Assembly (NCBI GenBank): GCA_030604855.1
Contig: JAUVVC010000001.1
Coordinates: 281,153-313,152, forward strand
Length of the DNA stretch: 32,000 nt
From: Erysipelotrichaceae bacterium
GTDB taxonomy: Bacteria > Bacillota_I > Bacilli_A > Erysipelotrichales > Erysipelotrichaceae
Reading direction: 5' to 3'
Shown: one piece after another, positions 8,331 to 16,328 of the stretch
How the letters are laid out: each line of letters begins with the position of its first letter
How positions within the stretch are numbered: the stretch's first letter is position 1
Position numbers and translations under genes: made by a program
Notes under the pieces: model-generated
Seen by the model: only the letters and a program-made list of their open reading frames with translations
Told to the model about the DNA's origin: nothing
Database searches by the model: none

Positions 8331-8689
8331 TGAAAATAAAGAAGGTTCTGATTGGACTGATGATTGTATTCTTGGTTTCAGCCTGTACCATCAAGAATAA
8401 TGAAATGACGCTTGGTAAATATGTATTGGAAGATGCGGAAGCCGTCGATATGGCGTGGCTTGTGCTCAGTGAAGAGAACCAGTTTGTATTTAACCGTAAT
8501 ATGTTTACGTCGTATTGGCCTAGTGGAAGCTATGCGATTGAAAACGGTGTGTTGATCCTTATTGCGAATGAAAATGAGGTGTATACCTTCAAGATTGAGG
8601 GAGATACATTGATTTTCGAAAGTGGAAAACACGCGGAAACATTTCTTGAAATTGGATCTCGGTTTACGCTTGTTAAAGATGAATCATAA
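8330..8689 (+). CDS. Small lipoprotein, unknown function
   Basis: Signal peptide with lipobox LVSAC (MKIKKVLIGLMIVFLVSAC). Start overlaps the repressor stop (TAATG). A terminator hairpin follows. Confidence 0.6.
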   Translation: MKIKKVLIGLMIVFLVSACTIKNNEMTLGKYVLEDAEAVDMAWLVLSEENQFVFNRNMFTSYWPSGSYAIENGVLILIANENEVYTFKIEGDTLIFESGKHAETFLEIGSRFTLVKDES

Positions 8690-8694
8690 AAAAA

Positions 8695-8715
8695 TAGGAG
8701 CTCAATGAGCTCCTA
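8695..8715. terminator. Bidirectional hairpin terminator between convergent genes
   Basis: TAGGAGCTC-AAT-GAGCTCCTA, flanked by an A-run on the left and TATAAT on the right. Confidence 0.55.
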
Positions 8716-9420
8716 TAATGCGTTTAATTGATCTTCGATATTCTCGGTGACCGGACCACCATGATAACAGATGATCTGCTTGAGTGGATAATCCTTGAAT
8801 CTCTTCATGGACGTGTAGGCTTGTTCATTGTCCAAGGTGTAACGTGGATTGGCAATACAGAGTTTGCCATTTTCCACCACCATCGCATCGCCTGTGATAA
8901 GGCTTTGAGTGGGTTTGTGATAGATGGAGATGTGACCGGGCATGTGTCCTGGGGATGCGACGATATGGGTGCCGCCTGCCCACGGATAATCGGATCCTTC
9001 AATAAGGACTTCATCCAAGTCCAAGGTTTCCATGGCTTCCAAGGTTTTATGGAAGACCAGGGCTTGTTCTTTTTGATTATCTTGAAGTGTGGGGAAGATG
9101 GATTCTGCTTGAATTAGACGTAAAGATTTCTTAGATCCATTGATGTAGTCTCTTTGAACACTGGATGAACAGACTTTGATTTTGGGATAACGTCGTTTCA
9201 GTTCAGCCGCTGAGCCCATGTGATCATAATCATGGTGGGTGATGATTAAATGGGTGACTTTGTCGAGACTTAAATCTAAGACTCTTAGAGCTTCGTCTAG
9301 TTTATCCAAAGAATTGGGATAGCCACAATCCACCAAGATGACTTCATCATCACCTTGGATTACGGAAGCGAAGAGGGTATTATTGGGATATTTGAGTTCA
9401 AGGGCTGTGCATTTTGACAT
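8713..9420 (-). CDS. MBL-fold metallo-hydrolase
   Basis: HxHxDH motif (ITHHDYDHMG) plus the later His/Asp ligands (SPGHMPGH, TGD). SD AGGAGG. Confidence 0.8.
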   Translation of the reverse strand: MSKCTALELKYPNNTLFASVIQGDDEVILVDCGYPNSLDKLDEALRVLDLSLDKVTHLIITHHDYDHMGSAAELKRRYPKIKVCSSSVQRDYINGSKKSLRLIQAESIFPTLQDNQKEQALVFHKTLEAMETLDLDEVLIEGSDYPWAGGTHIVASPGHMPGHISIYHKPTQSLITGDAMVVENGKLCIANPRYTLDNEQAYTSMKRFKDYPLKQIICYHGGPVTENIEDQLNAL

Positions 9421-9431
9421 GAGGAATCCTC

Positions 9432-9938
9432 CTAAAGGGTTTTAGTCAATTTATTCAGAAAGGCTCTAAAGAGCTTAAACGTATATGGTGTTTCATCGGT
9501 GCCTTGAAGTTGGATGCTTTCACGAAAGTAACCTGGACAGCTGATATCCATTGACCAGGCATTTCCATTATCCGTTTTCCAGTATTCAAGTGCAGATGAA
9601 TTTAAAATGTCTTTAAGTTCTTTGTTATAAGGAATCATACGGCGAAAGGTGTTGACTTGTATATCGAGATGCTCAGGGTGGAAATCAATAAGGATATCTT
9701 CATCGTTCGTTTTATAGTGGATCTGTTTTAGATGATCCATGAACAGTTCCGTACATTGGATGTCGAAGCGTGTGTCACAGTCCAAACAATAATAGGGCTG
9801 CATTAGTCCTTGGATCGCACAACCCCCATGTAAGACTAAACCAGCTTCGATCTTTTCAATCAAGTCTTCATCGGGTGTTCCATATTCCACATCCATGATG
9901 TCAGTGGAACCACAGTTGATGCACTTATGCTTTTCCAT
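9432..9938 (-). CDS. Hypothetical protein with an N-terminal CxxC...CxxC zinc-ribbon
   Basis: CINCGSTD ... CLDCDTRF. The start overlaps the ltaE 3' end by 14 nt and the stop lies 11 nt before the MBL gene. No other motif recognised. Confidence 0.5.
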   Translation of the reverse strand: MEKHKCINCGSTDIMDVEYGTPDEDLIEKIEAGLVLHGGCAIQGLMQPYYCLDCDTRFDIQCTELFMDHLKQIHYKTNDEDILIDFHPEHLDIQVNTFRRMIPYNKELKDILNSSALEYWKTDNGNAWSMDISCPGYFRESIQLQGTDETPYTFKLFRAFLNKLTKTL

Positions 9939-10950
9939 AGTCCTTGATCAAGTCGATGACATGATCGATGTCTTCCTTGGTGATCCAATAATGTGTTACG
10001 AAACGATACCCATTGTAGTTGGAATTGATTTTGACATTGTTTTCAAGGAGATATTGTGCAAACGCATCGTGATTGAAGTTTGGATCGATCACATCAAAGA
10101 AAACCATGTTGATGTGAATGTCTTCCATTTTGACATTGAACAAACCTGTTTCCTTTAATTTGAATCCAAGGTATTTTGCGTTTTCATGATCGATGTGCAG
10201 ACGTTGGGTCATTTCTTTCAAAGCGATAAGACCTGCAGCGGCTAAGATACCGGTTTGACGCATACCGCCCCCAAGGAGCTTACGATTCTTACGTGCTTTC
10301 TCAATGAAAGCTCTAGATCCTGCGATCATCGATCCAACTGGAGCACATAAGCCTTTGGATAGACAAAACATGACGGAATCGCAATACTGCGTGAGTTCCT
10401 TCACATCCACATTGAGATGAGTTGCCGCATTGAATAAACGAGCCCCGTCTAAATGAACTGCGATGTCCTGTGCTTTCGCAATTTCATAGTTTTCTTTCAT
10501 CATCGATAATGGCATGACCTTGCCATTGGATAAAGCATTTTCCATGCTTAAGACACGGGTACGCGGTTCATGGATATCATTGGATCGAATCGCTTGTTTG
10601 AATGATTTTGGTTCAATGAAATCATCTGAATGATGCAAAGTTCTTAAGTTAGCCTGTGATAATAAAGCAACTGCGCCAACTTCATGAATCACGATGTGAT
10701 TGTTTGCGCCCGTAACGATTTCATCGCCACGTTGGGTATGTGTCATTAAACACAATTGATTGCCCATCGTACCACTGGGGACGAATAGAGCGGCTTCTTT
10801 ACCGACGAGTTGAGCTGCATAGACCTCCAATTCAATCATCGTAGGGTCATCTTGATAGACATCATCACCGACAGGCGCAATGGCCATGGCTTCACGCATG
10901 GCTTGTGTGGGTTGAGTTACGGTATCACTTCTTAAATCAATTGTTTTCAT
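9925..10950 (-). CDS. ltaE: Low-specificity L-threonine aldolase
   Basis: N-terminus IDLRSDTVTQPTQAMREAM...GDDVYQDDPT, and the overall length is typical of PLP threonine aldolases. SD AAGAGGG. Confidence 0.88.
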   Translation of the reverse strand: MKTIDLRSDTVTQPTQAMREAMAIAPVGDDVYQDDPTMIELEVYAAQLVGKEAALFVPSGTMGNQLCLMTHTQRGDEIVTGANNHIVIHEVGAVALLSQANLRTLHHSDDFIEPKSFKQAIRSNDIHEPRTRVLSMENALSNGKVMPLSMMKENYEIAKAQDIAVHLDGARLFNAATHLNVDVKELTQYCDSVMFCLSKGLCAPVGSMIAGSRAFIEKARKNRKLLGGGMRQTGILAAAGLIALKEMTQRLHIDHENAKYLGFKLKETGLFNVKMEDIHINMVFFDVIDPNFNHDAFAQYLLENNVKINSNYNGYRFVTHYWITKEDIDHVIDLIKDYGKA

Positions 10951-11039
10951 GGTTATCCCTCTTTCTATAGATTATACACGCGTCAAACTTTATTTTTTGT
11001 GAAAATTTGATACAATGAGTCAGTTAAAGGAAACACATC

Positions 11040-12347
11040 ATGATCGAAATCTTGACCCATAAATTATTCTTAAGCAGTTTGACCATCGTGATCAGTCTAT
11101 TGATCACCGTTTATTTAATGAAACGTTATCAACTTACGCGCTACCAAATCTTGATCTATGTCTTGTTGGTATTGTTTTGGTCTTCCATCAACTTGATTCG
11201 TGCATATCGTAAAGCCTATGCTGGAGGGAGCTTGGAAGTCGGAGGCTTAGGTATGGATGGCATCATGGCAGCCAATATTGCGGCAGCCTATGGATTGATC
11301 TCCATCTTTGTTCGTCTTCCCATTTTTGCCTTCAGTGATTTCTTCAAAACACGTAAGTTCTTCATTGCCTTGGCCTTGGTGTTCATCATTGGATCTTCCA
11401 TTGCCGTATACTTCAATCCAAATTATACGAGCTTGATGCTTTCAAGCTTGGCTTTGGGTTTGGGAGCGAGCATGTTGAGTCTGTTCAATGTCTTGTTTGC
11501 GGAAACCTTCAGTCCCAAACAAGCCATCATGTCGGTATCAATTCTATCCGTTGCGCCCTTGTTGGCGGAGTTTTTGGTTGCGCCAATCCAGTATATCTTT
11601 ACCGCAACGAAACCCAATGATTATGCAGGCATGTGGTTGACGAGTGCCATCATCGGCATCGTGGCCTTAATCTTCTTAATGTTTGTTAAAGATAATAAGA
11701 GTGATCAACGTAATTTCAGTATTGCCAAGTTCAAAGCTGCTTTGAGCAACTTGAATTTCATGAGCATCGCACTCTTAGGGGTTGTGGTCTCGTTCATTCG
11801 CTTTGCGACCAGTGGTTCCAATCTGGTCAACTTTGCGAAGATGGAAGGCATTGGGATGCATCCCTTAGGTGTTGCGTATTTGGATGTCGTCTATGCCATC
11901 GCTCAGTTGTTTGGGGGAGTCATCGTTGGTTTATTGTTGAAGCGTTTGATTGGTGTCAAGAAGAGTCTTCTATTGGGTTTGGGTTTGAGTGCGATTTTCA
12001 ATATTCTATTGAGTTTCACCACCAACTCTACTTTGATCTTCATCCTGACCCCATTGAATGGCTTAGGCTATGGTCTTACGTATAATATTCTTCTAGGAAT
12101 GGCGATGCAACCCTTTGCGAAGGACATGCGTGAAGTCACAATGGGCATCTATCAGACCTTCTTTGCAGTGGGTATCTTCTATGGGGATAAGATCTTTGCC
12201 TTGTTGATCAAAATGTTGCCATCAACTTTACAAGCGGTTCAGCTCTCTCAAACCGTATTTGCTTTGATGGGGGGCTTGAGCATCGTTACGATGTTGGTGA
12301 TCATGCTGGTGTTCCGCTCTAAACATGAGCGTTTCTTGGAGGCTTAA
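11040..12347 (+). CDS. MFS-type transporter (about 12 TM helices)
   Basis: Polytopic hydrophobic profile. The loop SDFFKTRKFF resembles the MFS 2-3 loop motif. Stop overlaps the next start (TAATG). Confidence 0.6.
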   Translation: MIEILTHKLFLSSLTIVISLLITVYLMKRYQLTRYQILIYVLLVLFWSSINLIRAYRKAYAGGSLEVGGLGMDGIMAANIAAAYGLISIFVRLPIFAFSDFFKTRKFFIALALVFIIGSSIAVYFNPNYTSLMLSSLALGLGASMLSLFNVLFAETFSPKQAIMSVSILSVAPLLAEFLVAPIQYIFTATKPNDYAGMWLTSAIIGIVALIFLMFVKDNKSDQRNFSIAKFKAALSNLNFMSIALLGVVVSFIRFATSGSNLVNFAKMEGIGMHPLGVAYLDVVYAIAQLFGGVIVGLLLKRLIGVKKSLLLGLGLSAIFNILLSFTTNSTLIFILTPLNGLGYGLTYNILLGMAMQPFAKDMREVTMGIYQTFFAVGIFYGDKIFALLIKMLPSTLQAVQLSQTVFALMGGLSIVTMLVIMLVFRSKHERFLEA

Positions 12348-13222
12348 TGATAAAAATCTACCATACAGAACGGATTGAAGTCCTTAAACATTTCAAACCG
12401 AATGATATAGAACTTGTCTTAACAGAACCCTGTTTTTCATATCGTCATCCCATGCTTCAAACCAAGGAAGCCTTTGTTGAACACTTCAATAAAGCGAGGG
12501 GGATGGGTTTTGATCCTTACATTCAAGTCAATGGTTATATTGAAGAACAGGAACTTGTTGATTTAAGGGTTTGGTTGAAAGATTTAATTCAGTTGAATCC
12601 AAAAGGTTTCTATTTCAATGATTTTGCCGTGCAACGGTATTTGAAACAAAAGGACTATCGTGGTGAATTGATCTATGCACCTGAAACCATCTTAACCAAT
12701 GCCTTGGATATTGAATTGATTCTGACACAAGTGGATCGTGTCTACCTTTCCAAAGAATTGACTTTGGAAGAGATGATGGATTTATGCAAACTCTTCCCAA
12801 ACAAGATTGAAGCTTTTGGCTTAGGTTATCCTTTGATGTCCTTCAGTCGCAGACCCCTTGTCCGCAGCTACCTTGCGGAGATTGAATATGAAGCTGATGT
12901 GTTGAATCGTTTGGATATGACCATCAAAGAAGCGAAGCGAACTCAACATTTCCCAATCTTAGAGGAAAAAGAAGGAACAAGCATCTTTATTGATGCGATT
13001 CATTATCCTAAAGAAGAACTTCATTTATTGAGTGACGCTTTGTGTTATGGTGTTCATTTGGATGATTTATTGATTGAAGAAGATTCATTTGTAAACTTGA
13101 ATCAAGCTTTGTTTGATGAAGCTAAATCCTTAGAGTTGATTCGTTTGGACCACAGTAACCATAAATTAGGCCAAGCCTATTATTATCGCAAAACCAACAT
13201 GAGCAAAGAGGAGGGGCAATAA
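12347..13222 (+). CDS. Peptidase-U32-family paralog lacking the Cys cluster (YrrN-like)
   Basis: Size and position are as for the first member of YrrN/YrrO-type pairs. The U32 signature region reads IEAFGLGYPLMSFSRRPLV, with no cysteines. Confidence 0.55.
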   Translation: MIKIYHTERIEVLKHFKPNDIELVLTEPCFSYRHPMLQTKEAFVEHFNKARGMGFDPYIQVNGYIEEQELVDLRVWLKDLIQLNPKGFYFNDFAVQRYLKQKDYRGELIYAPETILTNALDIELILTQVDRVYLSKELTLEEMMDLCKLFPNKIEAFGLGYPLMSFSRRPLVRSYLAEIEYEADVLNRLDMTIKEAKRTQHFPILEEKEGTSIFIDAIHYPKEELHLLSDALCYGVHLDDLLIEEDSFVNLNQALFDEAKSLELIRLDHSNHKLGQAYYYRKTNMSKEEGQ

Positions 13223-14418
13223 TGGCGTTCATTGAATTATTGGCACCTGCAGGTGATTTAGCTCGTGCAAAAGTTGCCTTGGATTTTGGAGCGGATGCGG
13301 TCTATATCGGAGGTAAACGGTTTTCCTTGCGCTATCGTGCATCAAATTTTGAAGTATTTGATATTGCGGAAGCGGTTGAGTACGCTCATGCACGCAATAA
13401 ACGGATCTTTGTGACGGTGAATATGATTCCACACCAAGGCGATCTTCCGGGTTTGAAAGAATATCTATTGGAGCTTGAAAGCATTGGTGTGGATGCGGTG
13501 ATCGTGGCATCTTTGGGCATCGCTAAACTAGCGAAGCATGTTGCGCCTAAGATGGAAGTTCATCTGAGCACCCAACTCTCCATCACCAATTCTGAGAGCA
13601 TGCGTTTCTATAAGGAATTGGGTGTCGATCGTGTCGTCTTGGCACGGGAATTGAATCTAAATACGATTGAGGCCATCATCCAGGAAGATGTTTTACCTGT
13701 AGAAGTCTTCATCCATGGGGGTATGTGTGTCAATTACTCGGGTCGATGTACCTTGAGCAATGAAATGACCTTGCGTGATGCGAATCGCGGGGGGTGTGCA
13801 CAATCCTGTCGTTGGTCTTATGATTTGCATATCGATGGAATAAAAGTCAATCCAAGTGATGTGCCATTTTCGATGGGATCGAAAGATCTCATGGCCTTGG
13901 GATCCATCGAAGAAATGATGAAGATTGGGGTATCCAGTCTGAAGATCGAAGGGCGTATGAAGTCGGCTTACTATATCGGGGTCATTGTGCGTGCGTATCG
14001 ACAATGGATCGATGCGATCCAGAATGGCAAAGCCAGTGATTTGTTGTATACTTCAATCATCAATGAACTGAAACAAGCGGAGAGTCGTCCGACATTCGAT
14101 GGATTCTTGAAATCAATGCCCGATCAAAATGGACATCTCTATCATCCAAAAGAAGAAGGCGTCGTTCAAAACTTTGTGGGTAATGTCTTAGAACAGAAGG
14201 ATGATCGCATTCTCGTTGAGATGCGCAATCTTGTCTCAGTAGGTCAAGGGTTAGAATGTTTCAGTTATCATCAGGATCCCCAAGCATTCTCCATCACAGC
14301 GATGTGGGATGAGGAGGGTCTGGTGCTCGAGGTGGCGAATAAGCCGATGTCGAAGGTGTGGATCCAATGCAATGTGGATGCGCGACCTGGAGACTTCCTC
14401 AGAAAGAAGAACGTATGA
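13222..14418 (+). CDS. Peptidase-U32-family protein with a complete CX6CX15CX3C cluster (YrrO/TrhP/RlhA-like RNA hydroxylation family)
   Basis: N-terminus ELLAPAGDLARAKVALDFGADAVYIGG. U32 signature VEVFIHGGMCVNYSGRCTLS, followed by GGCAQSCRW. Confidence 0.85.
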   Translation: MAFIELLAPAGDLARAKVALDFGADAVYIGGKRFSLRYRASNFEVFDIAEAVEYAHARNKRIFVTVNMIPHQGDLPGLKEYLLELESIGVDAVIVASLGIAKLAKHVAPKMEVHLSTQLSITNSESMRFYKELGVDRVVLARELNLNTIEAIIQEDVLPVEVFIHGGMCVNYSGRCTLSNEMTLRDANRGGCAQSCRWSYDLHIDGIKVNPSDVPFSMGSKDLMALGSIEEMMKIGVSSLKIEGRMKSAYYIGVIVRAYRQWIDAIQNGKASDLLYTSIINELKQAESRPTFDGFLKSMPDQNGHLYHPKEEGVVQNFVGNVLEQKDDRILVEMRNLVSVGQGLECFSYHQDPQAFSITAMWDEEGLVLEVANKPMSKVWIQCNVDARPGDFLRKKNV

Positions 14419-15140
14419 TCATATTAGAAGGTGCTTTGTCCGTCAAAGCTGCAGTAGAAGCGGGTGCACGCACCATTCAATCGATTTGGATGGATGAAGC
14501 CAAAGAATCCAAGGATTTCGATTACATCAAACGCATCGTCAAACAACGGGGTGTGAAGTTGTTGATGAAGCCAAAAGCGGAAATCGATGAACAAGCCACG
14601 GGCAAGACCCATGGTGGCATCATCGCCTTTGCTTCACCACGAAAGATTGAAGATGTTCAGTATCTCTTGAAGAAGAAACCATGGTTTGTGGTCATGATCG
14701 AAGGGGTTGAAGATCCTTTCAATCTAGGACAGATGATTCGGACTGCGTATGCATCTGGTGCCAATGCCATCATCTTAAGCAAACGGGATTGGAGTCAAGC
14801 GGAAGTGACCTTGATGAAATCCAGTGCGGGTGCGTACGATCGCATCATGATCATCCAATTGGATAAGTTGGAGGAAGATCTCGCTTTGATCAAGAATCAA
14901 GGCTACAATATCGTCGTGACACATCGTGAAGAAACATCCATGGATTTCATGGACTATGATTATCCATTTCCGATGGTGCTCGCCTTTGGTGGTGAGTTGC
15001 GTGGTCTATCGAGATCTGTGCTCCAGGCACGGGATGTATCCTTAAAAATCAATTATCCAACGCAGACCAAGCTCGCCTTGAATGCGGTCAGTGCAAGTGC
15101 GATCATTTGTTTTGAAGTCTATCGTAAAAGAAAGCCTTAA
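14415..15140 (+). CDS. SpoU/TrmH-family RNA 2'-O-methyltransferase (RlmB-like)
   Basis: Motifs THGGIIAF, IEGVEDPFNLGQMIRTA and LNAVSASAI. Start taken at the ATG at 14415, which overlaps the U32 stop (ATGA). The track ORF starts at 14358 inside the upstream gene. Confidence 0.8.
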   Translation: MIILEGALSVKAAVEAGARTIQSIWMDEAKESKDFDYIKRIVKQRGVKLLMKPKAEIDEQATGKTHGGIIAFASPRKIEDVQYLLKKKPWFVVMIEGVEDPFNLGQMIRTAYASGANAIILSKRDWSQAEVTLMKSSAGAYDRIMIIQLDKLEEDLALIKNQGYNIVVTHREETSMDFMDYDYPFPMVLAFGGELRGLSRSVLQARDVSLKINYPTQTKLALNAVSASAIICFEVYRKRKP

Positions 15141-15166
15141 AGTGTATTTCGCTTTAAGGCTTTTAT
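15131..15166 (+). terminator. Rho-independent terminator after the TrmH-family gene
   Basis: Stem AAAGCCTTAAAG (15131-15142) / CTTTAAGGCTTT (15152-15163) with a T-rich tail. Confidence 0.65.
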
Positions 15167-15174
15167 GTTATAAT
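15166..15174 (+). promoter_or_regulatory. Extended -10 element (TGTTATAAT) upstream of guaB
   Basis: TG-N-TATAAT lies 24 nt before the guaB ATG. No good -35 hexamer. Confidence 0.4.
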
Positions 15175-15197
15175 GGCAAGAAAAAATGGAGGAAACG

Positions 15198-16328
15198 ATG
15201 GATACGATGAATGGAAAAGTCATAAAAGATGGGTACACCTTTGATGATCTATTATTGGTTCCAGCGTATTCGCAGGTAGTCCCTGCGGATGTGCAATTGA
15301 AGACGCGTTTGTGTAAAGGCATTGAACTTTCAATACCGGTGTGTTCCGCTGCCATGGATACGGTTACTGAAAGCAAGATGGCCATCGCTTTGGCTCAAGC
15401 CGGAGGTTTGGGTTTCATTCATAAGAATTTAAGCAGTGATTTGCAGGCTGAAATGGTTAAAGAAGTCAAATTGGCTAGTGCTCTAACAAACAGTGCAGTC
15501 GATGCCAAAGGTCGCCTTTTAGCAGGTGCGGCAGTCGGTGTCAGTGAAGGAACGATGGCGCGTGTCAAACTGTTGGTCGATGCCGGTGTCGACATCATCA
15601 CCGTTGACAGTGCCCATGGACATTCAGCCGGTGTCATTGAGACGGTTCGCAAGATTCACGAGACTTATCCGGATCTTCCGTTGGTCGGTGGAAACATCGT
15701 CACAGCGGATGCGGCACAAGCTTTGATTCAAGCTGGAGCAGCTGTCTTGAAAGTTGGGGTCGGTCCAGGTTCCATCTGTACGACGCGCATCGTATCGGGC
15801 GTAGGGGTTCCGCAACTCACAGCGGTCAGTGATGTCGTACAAGTCGCGAAACGTTACAATGTGGGCGTCATCGCCGATGGTGGCATCAAGTTCTCTGGCG
15901 ACATTGTCAAAGCCTTGGCTGCTGGTGCGGATGCGGTCATGTTGGGTGGTTTGTTGGCCGGATGTGAAGAAACACCAGGTGAAATCATTGAAGTCTATGG
16001 TAAGAAAGTCAAGACCTATGTGGGTATGGGTTCACTCAGTGCCATGCAACGGGGAAGCAGCGATCGTTACTTCCAAGGTGGACAGAAAGAATTAAAGAAA
16101 CTGGTTCCGGAAGGCATTGAAGCGACCGTTCCCTATAAAGGACCAATGAGCGATGTCATCTATCAAATGATGGGGGGCTTACGTTCGGGTATGGGTTATT
16201 GTGGATGTGCGAATATCGAAGAGCTCAAAGAAAAGGCTCAATTTGTGAAGATAAGTAATGCGGGACTTAAGGAGTCGCATCCGCATACAGTAGAAAATGT
16301 GAAGGAGGCTCCAAATTACCGTGGCTGA
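15198..16328 (+). CDS. guaB: IMP dehydrogenase lacking the CBS/Bateman subdomain
   Basis: TFDDLLLVP, catalytic [23 protein letters not shown]-type and HPH motifs. The segment between IHKN...VKEVK and [10 protein letters not shown] is only about 10 aa. Start at 15198, 5 nt after GGAGG. Confidence 0.9.
   Translation: MDTMNGKVIKDGYTFDDLLLVPAYSQVVPADVQLKTRLCKGIELSIPVCSAAMDTVTESKMAIALAQAGGLGFIHKNLSSDLQAEMVKEVKLASALTNSAVDAKGRLLAGAAVGVSEGTMARVKLLVDAGVDIITVDSAHGHSAGVIETVRKIHETYPDLPLVGGNIVTADAAQALIQAGAAVLKVGVGPGSICTTRIVSGVGVPQLTAVSDVVQVAKRYNVGVIADGGIKFSGDIVKALAAGADAVMLGGLLAGCEETPGEIIEVYGKKVKTYVGMGSLSAMQRGSSDRYFQGGQKELKKLVPEGIEATVPYKGPMSDVIYQMMGGLRSGMGYCGCANIEELKEKAQFVKISNAGLKESHPHTVENVKEAPNYRG

Noticed and set aside
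15141-15197. Possible purine riboswitch or leader upstream of guaB.
   Set aside because: Only about 57 nt separate the upstream stop from the guaB start. That stretch is fully taken up by a terminator hairpin, an extended -10 and the SD, which leaves too little room for a purine aptamer.
15137-15385. 82-aa minus-strand ORF across the guaB start region.
   Set aside because: It is antisense to the guaB 5' end, terminator and promoter, with no SD and no recognisable motif.
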